A stretch of 64,000 nt of DNA from Octopus bimaculoides (Eukaryota). The stretch lies in NCBI RefSeq assembly GCF_001194135.2, contig NC_068982.1, forward strand, positions 156,108,082 to 156,172,081, in the 5' to 3' direction. Positions 55,550-64,000 of the stretch are shown here, in pieces. Each line of letters begins with the position of its first letter. Positions within the stretch are counted from its first letter, which is position 1. Both the position numbers and the translations under genes were made by a program. The notes below the pieces were generated by a model that saw nothing but the letters and a program-made list of their open reading frames with translations, was not told the DNA's origin and did no database searches.

Positions 55550-55925
55550 ACAGTTCTATATGTAAGAGATGAAGAATTATTTACATTTGATGGATGTTTG
55601 TCCTCATCTTGTTTGTTGCTAACGCAACGTTTCGGCTGATATACCCTTCAGCCTTCATCAGGTGTCTTGGGGAAATTTCGAACCTTGGTTCTCATTCCTA
55701 AGGTAATTTTCGATGTTATTATTATTACTATTATTCAGGTCACTGCCTGGAATCGAACTCGGAATCTTGGGGTTAGTAGCTCGCGCTCTTAACCACTATG
55801 AGAACCCAGGTTCGAAATTTCCCCAAGACACCTTATGAAGGCTGGAGGGTATATCAGCCGAAACGTTGTGTTAACAATAAACAAGATGAGGACAAATATC
55901 CGTCAAATGTAAATAATGTAAATAA
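55550..55925 (-). mobile_element. Chimeric tRNA-SINE with Penelope-type tail (family P) plus an inverted 3' segment
   Basis: Minus copy at 55550-55800 (tail, hammerhead, (AAT)n, tRNA head), joined through a 3-nt ATG overlap to a plus-strand copy of the tail at 55798-55925. Confidence 0.88.
55621..55666 (-). ncRNA. Minimal type I hammerhead ribozyme motif
   Basis: Minus strand GACAC-CTGATGA-A-GGCTG-AAGGGTATAT-CAGCC-GAAA-CGTT-GCGTT; one stem I mismatch. Confidence 0.6.
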
Positions 55926-57473
55926 NNNNNNNNNNAGGGTATATCAGCCGAAACGTTGTGTTAACAATAAACAAGATGAGGACAAATATCCGTCAAATGT
56001 AAATAATGTAAATAACGTACATAATTTGTTTACATTCATACACATGCTCACGCGCACGCTCACACACATATCGTTTAGAATTCCTCTACATGTACATGAT
56101 AGTGATGGACATGATGATGATGATGCTGATCATTATGAAAATGATGATGATGATAATGATAGAGATGGGCGAGTGTGGAATAGATACAGGCGAAAAAGAA
56201 CTGTGTTACAATTGTTATGTACCTGTTGATCTGATTTCCTGTGTACCAAATCCAACGATTCAGCTTCTGCATAATTTATTGGCCTACTAGAAAAAACAGC
56301 CAAATTTCTTTCAGCCCACATCTCGTCGTCTTGTAAAGGACTCATTGCATAATGTTGAAACGTTGGTAGGTTTAACCAGGTCCAACTGTCGATTAAACAA
56401 CAAAAAACATTGCTTAGCCTGTAAATAATGACCGTCTAATCTTCTTGAAACCATGTCTTTTATGTTTATTTAATTCCTTCTGTTTGTTATGCTAAATTAA
56501 TCCTATGTAAATAGTCGGATGGTATTTATGCACACGACACAGACTCAAATACACGCACACACACGCACATATGTACATACGAAAATAGATGCATAAATAA
56601 TTACTTGCTTAGCTTTTGAGAGCGAAAATGAAAGGTAGTCATTGATTTAAAACGTACCATCATAAAACAGGAAGAATATATCGGAAAAAATATCGTTCTA
56701 GATGCACTCTTAGGGAACGAACTGGCGAAACGAAATCTTTAGAACGTCTGATAGAATATTTCTTAGTATTTCTCCTCAGTCTGAGTTCAAATCCTACCGC
56801 GGTTAAATTTTAGAATCAATATAGACGTAAGAATTCAGTGGTGGCGGATGTACGGAACTGTAAGAACACTGCACCGAATACCTTGTGGTATTTGGTCCGG
56901 CTCTTGACGTTCTGAGTCCAGATCTCTTGCCCCCTACTTGGGTGGTAGATTCAATCATTCGTCCAATTTCATACTGGTTCCGAATTTTGGCACAAGGCGA
57001 GTAATTTCGGCTTATTTATTTTATCGAATTCGAAATGATGAAAAGCAAAGACGACCTCAGCAGAATTTGGACTCAGAACGTAAGAACAAATGCATCCAGT
57101 TTAATATTACCACCTGGCACCCTGAGTAAGTGGCTTTAGCAGAGTTCATTCGGGCCCGGTTTCTGGTTTAGATATGCTGTAAAAGGGGTATGTAAAGATG
57201 TTGTAAAAGGGCCATGATTCTGGTTTCCTCTCAACCACCAAAAGTCCTCTGAAAATGTGGGGCTGGTTACATCTGGAACGCCTTTGATGACTGTTCCGCC
57301 CAATCAGAGCCGACATAGTGATTAAATAATAACAACAACAGCAACAAAAATATTTAATTTACTGTAAATTACTTCAGATCATTACAACTATTTTTATTCA
57401 CCAGATTAATCTACCACCCTGGTTTTAAATAAATGGCTACCTTTTATTCCCGCTTTCAAAAACGAGGCAAGAA

Positions 57474-57533
<60 letters not shown>

Positions 57534-58171
57534 CGTGTGAGTGAGTGTATATTCCATGTGCTTAAATACAATTTAACTACTTAAATAGGATTAATCTAGC
57601 ATAACTAATAGAAGGGAATTAAATAAAAGATGTAATTCTCATATAAAACAAATTGCCGTAGCGTCTATTGTCATACTACTGCGGTGAAGCCACTATATCT
57701 CTCATCCACGCTAGCCATTCTATCGATCTGTTCCTTTAACCGGGGGCTGCGGCGAACATTACATGGTTCGCTGGTTCATTGTTTTCAACATGGTGGACAA
57801 GGCCTTGCAGGCATGTGAACAATTATTCAGAATCCATTGTTTTTTTTTTCCTTGTATAGTATCCCGCTTTTAGTTTGGTATTCGCCATCTCCCATTTTCC
57901 CTTATTTATTTATTTGTTTATTTATTTAAAATATTCATTTATTTATTTATTCACTTCCCTCTTTCTATTTCTCTTCCCCTCTCTCTCTCTCTAGATACAT
58001 ACTTGCCTGCAACGACATCGAAAACAGCTGAGAAACTGAGAAATCGTCGTAAGATTGTGTTTATCATCGAAACAATAAACAATCTTACTAGTTTTGGTTA
58101 TAAAAGAAATCGAAACCATAAAGTATATTTTTCTCAAAATTATGAATTCAATAATTACTAATTTCAATAGC

Positions 58172-58269
58172 TTGAAATGAAATAAGATTCGTTGGTCGGA
58201 TATATGAACACAATAAAAGTATTAAGAACTACATTATTACATGACTTACGAGAAGGGACATTTGGTAAA
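58172..58269 (+). repeat. 98-bp local duplication, donor copy (second copy at 59623-59720)
   Basis: 4 mismatches in 98 bp between the two copies. Confidence 0.9.
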
Positions 58270-58810
58270 CGTAAAAATGGGGTTGATTATAATTTACAAA
58301 AGAGAGAAAAGTGCAATAATAACAATAAACGATCATGACACTAGACTACACAAATCGATATTGTGTGTAACAGAAGATCAGAGTTCGATTGGTTATATGA
58401 GGCTTCGTAGTAAGTCAACTGCGTCTAACTGTCTTTGCTAATAACTGCATTATGAATTATGGGAGCTCAGGATATAGACCATTGAAATGTGTTCATAACC
58501 AAATGATTCGAGGAAAGATTATTTAATTTTTGAAGCGCATGCTACGAAACAGACTGCTTGAGTTGTATTGGCAGGGATCAACTGTATGAGGAGGTTTGGG
58601 TTAGTATTTATAGCAAAGTAATGAATCCTCATTTTCGAAAATATACGCATTTTACAGTCTCTTTCTACAACATTTAAAGTGTATCTCAAAGATACTAAAG
58701 GCATAAAGACAAAATAATAAAATGTCTCTATGGACCTGGAACACTATAATTCATGTTGCGATACTTGTCACAAATACATAAATAGCTACACTGCTCTCTC
58801 TCTGTCCCTC

Positions 58811-58891
<81 letters not shown>

Positions 58892-59437
58892 GAAAAAGAA
58901 AACAGAGAAATGTATGATGATAGTAAATATAGAACACATGTATATAAATCGATGCACTTATATGAGATTATGAGTAGCTAAGAGAATTTCAATCAAAATT
59001 AATAAGCAGACTCTTAGAGATGAAGAAACAGTCATTAAAAATTACAGGTGTTCCCACTGACCAAGAAATGAGTTTATTTTGGAGAAAAAAGCTAAAATAG
59101 TGAAAGAAATCCAAGTGCAATAAATCTAGAAGAATTGCTCCGCAGTAGACCAAAACGATACAATATGAATGGGGATATCACTGACATTTATAAAATGAAA
59201 TTTCGAGTAGGGAAAGCACAAGGAAGAGAATTGCTTGTCGAACAGCGATACAAAAAACAAACAAAAAAACAAAAAAACCCTCTCATCAGTCTTCACCAAC
59301 AAGCTCTCAGTGACGCTATAATATACTAAGGTGGTTGGTATTGACAGAAACGTGCCTGGTGTTAAAAAGCAGAGCCATCTGTATAGAGAATTGAACGACG
59401 CAACTGCATGCCAGAATTAAATGTATGGCATATATGC

Positions 59438-59585
59438 GCGTGGTAAGAAGCTTGCTTCCCAACCACAAGGTTCCGGATTCAGTTCTGCTGCGTGGTACCT
59501 TGGTTAAGTGTCCTCTACTATAGTCTCGGGTCGACCAAAGCCGTGTGAGTGGATTTGGTAGACGGAAACTGAAAGAAGCCCGTCG

Positions 59586-59625
<40 letters not shown>

Positions 59626-59850
59626 AAATGAAATAAGATTCGTTGGTCGGATATATGAACACTATAAAAGTATTAAGAACTACATTATTTCATGACTTAC
59701 GAGAAGTGACATTCGGTAAAAGTGACGGATAAAATAAGTACCAAACTGAAACCCCTCCCCCCAACTATGTGTTCGATTTGTTTGACTGGAACCTTCAAGG
59801 CCGTGCTCCAGCATAGCTGCAGTTGAATGAATGCCACAAGCGAAAGATGA
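59438..59850 (+). mobile_element. Family B SINE interrupted at its (TA)n by a 98-bp copy of nearby DNA
   Basis: Head at 59438-59590, (TA)n, insert at 59623-59720, and tail (AAAATAAGTACC...GGCCGTGCTCCAGCATAGCTGCAG) at about 59730-59850. Confidence 0.8.
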
Positions 59851-61998
59851 AAATTAAAATATATGGATATAAATGTATACACATCTATATCTATATGTAT
59901 GCATGTATATGTGTGTTCCTGTGCATGAGTGTGAGTGGATCTATAAGCTTAAACAAAGTGTAAAAGAACAGAAACAAAAAAGAAAGAAAGTAGAAATGAG
60001 TAGAACGTTTTTCTTATTGATTGCAGTGTGAACAATGAGAATATAACTAGCGATGTGTTTACTATGCTGCTGTTTGGTGGTGATTACTTAAAAGCTTACT
60101 TAAATGCTATATACATTGCGCCAATGTAGAAATGTTTGCCAGTCTTTTATAGTAGTATGTAGACAAACGAACCAGAAATAAGAAAACTTTCTAACCAGTT
60201 AGTTTTTCCCATTATTGTTTCATTAAAGGCTATATTTCCCTGATATCAGGAGAGAAATATGTTTTCGGGGTGTTTTCTCTTGTTTTCTTTGAATAAAGCA
60301 ATTATTTGTATTAACAAAATAGTTCAGTGTAAAGAGAAACTAGTGTTTGATAAATTATTCAAAAATTGTTTTCTCTCTTACATTACTAATACATTGAGAA
60401 TTACTAACTTCGCTTTTGGCTGTTCTATGTAACACAGTATAAGTTTCTTCATCGCTCGTTGAGTGCAACTGTAAGTAGCATCCAACGAAGAGTGTTAACA
60501 TTAATAGCGTTTGGAATTGTTGCAGGGTTGTACACCTTTCACAATATAAAATAGTTTAACTGTCTCTGAGGCATTTCACTCCAAATATTTACCATCACCA
60601 AACTGCATTACATTGCTTCTATAAGCTATTTACATTTCTTTGATATAATTCGCTTTCAGAATATTGTCAGTTCCTCCTGCGTTAAGTTGATTTTGACGCG
60701 GTTTTCATGTCTTGTTATAGATATTTCTCTTATTTTGTGTCATTAACACTTTCGATATAAGAATAAACAATGCACTCTAAGAAATAAAAATGTTATCAGC
60801 CAATGAAGACCATCAGAGAGTAGATGTAAACTTTACATAAACTGGACATGGAAGCCGGTTTCGATACTCAGTTGAATTAATTTATATGATTTTCACAACG
60901 TCAGAATTTATTCAACCCAATTCTACGGCATTCATGGCTCAAAAACCTTGTTTGATAATTTTAAGACAAATAACGTAGATTATCTATTAGACATAAGAAC
61001 ACATTGACCCGATACGGCGATACGGTTTCCATATGAAAAACATGATGGTTTAGATAACTGTTAGGAGAAATTGCTGAAGACTTGATAATTCTTGAGACTG
61101 CATATTTTTAATAAAACCATTCTTCCCAAATTCTTCTAATCCGTTCATTTTTAACGCACATACACACGCGCGCACACACGCTCACACTCGTATACATGCA
61201 CACACATACACACACACACATATAGCCAACCTTTTGGGTGGTAGAGTTTCTCGGCGAATGGTTTAGCATCATCATCATTCACTGTCTTTTGTGAAATCCC
61301 TGGGGTCATATCTCTGGCTTAAGATGTAAGTTTGAGATGTAGTATGTCTCTCAAGTAACCCAAAACATGATAAAGCGAACCTGATAATGCCAATGTAATA
61401 TGGTCCCTGAATTAATACACCCCTTTCCATTATTCTCAAGTATTGCACAGCAGAGCAGGTGCCTACCATTACCAAAATATTTTATCTTTTTGTCTCTACA
61501 GTGATATATTCTAATCATAAAAAACTTACAACATATTGTCCTATCTTTGTCCCTGCCAACAACTGAAATCACATTCAGTTTTGTCCAAGGTCAGTAAAAA
61601 CCACAGAGAATTGATTCTATTTCATAGTATTTACTGACAGTTAGATAGACTGAATTATTTGAAATTAAAATATCATAACTGATTAGAGGTAGGATACGAA
61701 TCCGGATCACTCAAATGATTGTTTAGTAATCAAACCCTTGGATCATCTGTGCTCTGAATTACGATATCAAGTGCTAAAAAAACTACACTAATTTAGCTTG
61801 AGATGAAACGTACTACGCAGTGCAAGAGGACATTCTGGTTTTAAATAATTTTAATTAATATTACAGGTTTATCTCCACTACCCTTCTTGACCAGAATTAA
61901 TATATAAATTAATAATTCTCTCTCCTCACAACGTTCGCAATTTAATTAGAATACATGTTTGAGATTCGTTGTGCTACGTATGTTAGCACTCATCTTAC

Positions 61999-62095
61999 CA
62001 TTTGATTTTCATACGAAAAGGTTCCCTGAGTAGAGGATAAGAGTCTATTCAGAGACATGAGGTCTTGATACTATTTTAATCATCGGTGTCGAAGT
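61999..62095 (-). other. Candidate spliced exon, possibly a first coding exon (MSLNRLLSSTQGTFSYENQM)
   Basis: Acceptor TATTTTGACAG and donor ATG|GTAAGA; an internal ATG at 62058 stays open to the donor; no homology recognised. Confidence 0.25.
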
Positions 62096-63458
62096 CTGTC
62101 AAAATATATAGGACCCTCATATAAGCTATATACAGCAATTATATAATTTAAAGATGGATACACTTCGTTTCCTCTATTTTTGTCAGAAATACATATCCTT
62201 TGAGAAATATATTTGTGACCAGAGATAGATAATTTTTCTGATGAATAAATGACTTTTCTGCTAAATGTAATAGCAAAATTGCCGTCAGTATAAAATATTA
62301 AATTCAGGCTGATGCAAGAGGAAATTTCTACGGAGTCAATTGACCTGCTAGAAATAGCAGCTAAATTTCCTGTCGGTTATACAACACTGTCTTAATGATG
62401 ATAACTAAGACTTCATTGGGTAATCTAATACTAGATGCATGATACACGAGGAAAAGTTGTGATGGTTATGGTTGGAATGATTATAAGCCAGTCAAAACCG
62501 ACCTGAGACAACAACAATAAAAGCATCGGTAACAAATTTCAGATCTCTTGACATCTTTCTCAATTTACTTCATTTCTATCTGTCTGTTTGTCTGTGTTTA
62601 CCTCTGTCTCTCTGTCTCTCCATACATGCGTATATCCTTATGAATTAGTTATATGTGATAACATTACTATGGCGACATTTAGCTGTTATTTAATTTTTGA
62701 TAATTTATTGGAACACATATTTTAAATCGAATTATTTAAATAGTTGACTGGAATTTGAAGCACAGGCCCATTTCATAAATATTCATATTTGATATCGATT
62801 AACTAAGCTGCTCTGATGGAAGCAAATATTATAGATGTAATTGACCGTAATAATATGGTAAAAATCTTGTAGGATATTTGCGTCAGTTAATTCTCCTTAC
62901 GGCCGAGATGAGAGTGAAATGATATTTTATCATAATAAGTTTGCATACATCTTAAAAGTCTTTACAAATAAACCATGTATGAGAAGCAAAATTGTTATAA
63001 TATTCTTCGGAGGCAGAAAAATTTGATAATAATTATTTTGATATCAGAGACACAATCTTGTTTCACTTTGGAGCTTTTGATAGTTGCATTTCGTTCTAGA
63101 ATATAATGATTTTCGAAGTAAAATAAATAAATGAATAAAAACAAAAATTTATTTTTAGATAAAATAGAATAAAAAAAATTCTATAAATTCTTTACGCATT
63201 TTTTGACATTTGCTTTGCAAGGACTTCACCAGTAACTTCAGTCATATACAACATAAAACTGATCAATTTCGTTTGAATCTAATTAAGCTGACACTTGCCG
63301 AAGTTCTGTGTAATTATCAGAAGTTCTTACATATTTTTATCCCATCATACGTATTTTGTCATCCACCTTTTTAGAACACTTGCTGCATAATGTAATTTAC
63401 GGTAATTGAATGAAATATCGGAAATGTTGTTGACACCTGTCTTAGGAAATTAAATTAC

Positions 63459-63569
63459 CTGTAAAATACTCTCTCGTCATCAGAAACAATATCACTTGAT
63501 CCATCATCAAAACACGCGTCCAATTGGAAATCAAATTCATATAATAAAAAGAAGAAAGGCCGCGTAAAT
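63459..63569 (-). CDS. Candidate 111-bp internal exon of an unidentified host gene
   Basis: Acceptor TTTTATGTAG and donor TACAG|GTAATT; length is a multiple of 3; two open frames (FTRPFFFLLYEFDFQLDACFDDGSSDIVSDDERVFY or LRGLSSFYYMNLISNWTRVLMMDQVILFLMTREYFT). Confidence 0.3.
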
Positions 63570-64000
63570 CTACATAAAAGGCTTAAATTGACGTAAGAGT
63601 GAGAAAGTAAAATAGGAAGAGAGAGAAACAGAGAGAGGGAGAGAGTGAGAGAGAGAAAGGGAGGGAGATAAAAAGAGAGCATGAAAATGAGTGAGAAAGA
63701 CTTACGAATATCTATTGTTATAATTTTTAGATATTTGATGCTATTGAAAAGAATGCCTCATAGCGCTTGATTTCTATACGATAAAATCTCTTAACGATTT
63801 CTTAAACTCATCTTCAAGATCGCGTTGATACCAGTTTGCTACTAGTGTATGTATCTCTCACATTGTTACAACTAAGACAACGGTAGTGAGTGTTAGAAAC
63901 AGTGGCCTACTGTAATTCTAATTAACGAAACAGAGCGAGCATGAACATTGAAGTATGATAACTAAAACATTGTTTAATTAAATATACGTCGTGTTCAAAT

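Noticed and set aside
55846-56015. Second forward copy of the hammerhead tail, which would give the tandem arrangement suited to dimer cleavage
   Set aside because: It is essentially identical and separated by a 10-N gap (55926-55935), so most likely an assembly overlap; long reads are needed.

Overview
AT-rich eukaryotic animal DNA, almost entirely non-coding, with about nine large N gaps mostly bordered by microsatellites. The repeat content (very high microsatellite load plus these tRNA-SINE families) looks like an octopus draft assembly; this is my inference from sequence recognition. No intact protein-coding gene, rRNA, genuine tRNA gene or CRISPR array is supported, and nearly all ORF-track entries are microsatellite or gap artefacts. 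Supported content: (i) dozens of tRNA-derived SINE copies from about five families (working labels A-E and P) that share modules; (ii) decayed RTE LINEs at 5.3-6.5, 7.1-7.5, 36.9-37.5 and 38.6-39.0 kb; (iii) two Tx1/L1-like LINE pieces, an ORF2 3' end at 21.5-22.4 kb and a 5'UTR+ORF1 at 29.0-30.6 kb; (iv) a Penelope-like RT remnant at 53.2-54.3 kb; (v) mariner-derived elements at 5.0-5.2 and 31.9-32.4 kb; (vi) two weak candidate minus-strand exons near 62.0 and 63.5 kb. Most interesting signal: a chimeric element present at 12.36-12.67 and 55.55-55.93 kb. It has a tRNA-like Pol III head, an (AAT)n tract and a tail carrying a minimal Penelope-type hammerhead ribozyme motif, and both insertions show a Penelope-style inverted copy of the 3' end. 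This suggests a ribozyme-bearing SINE mobilised by Penelope-like elements.
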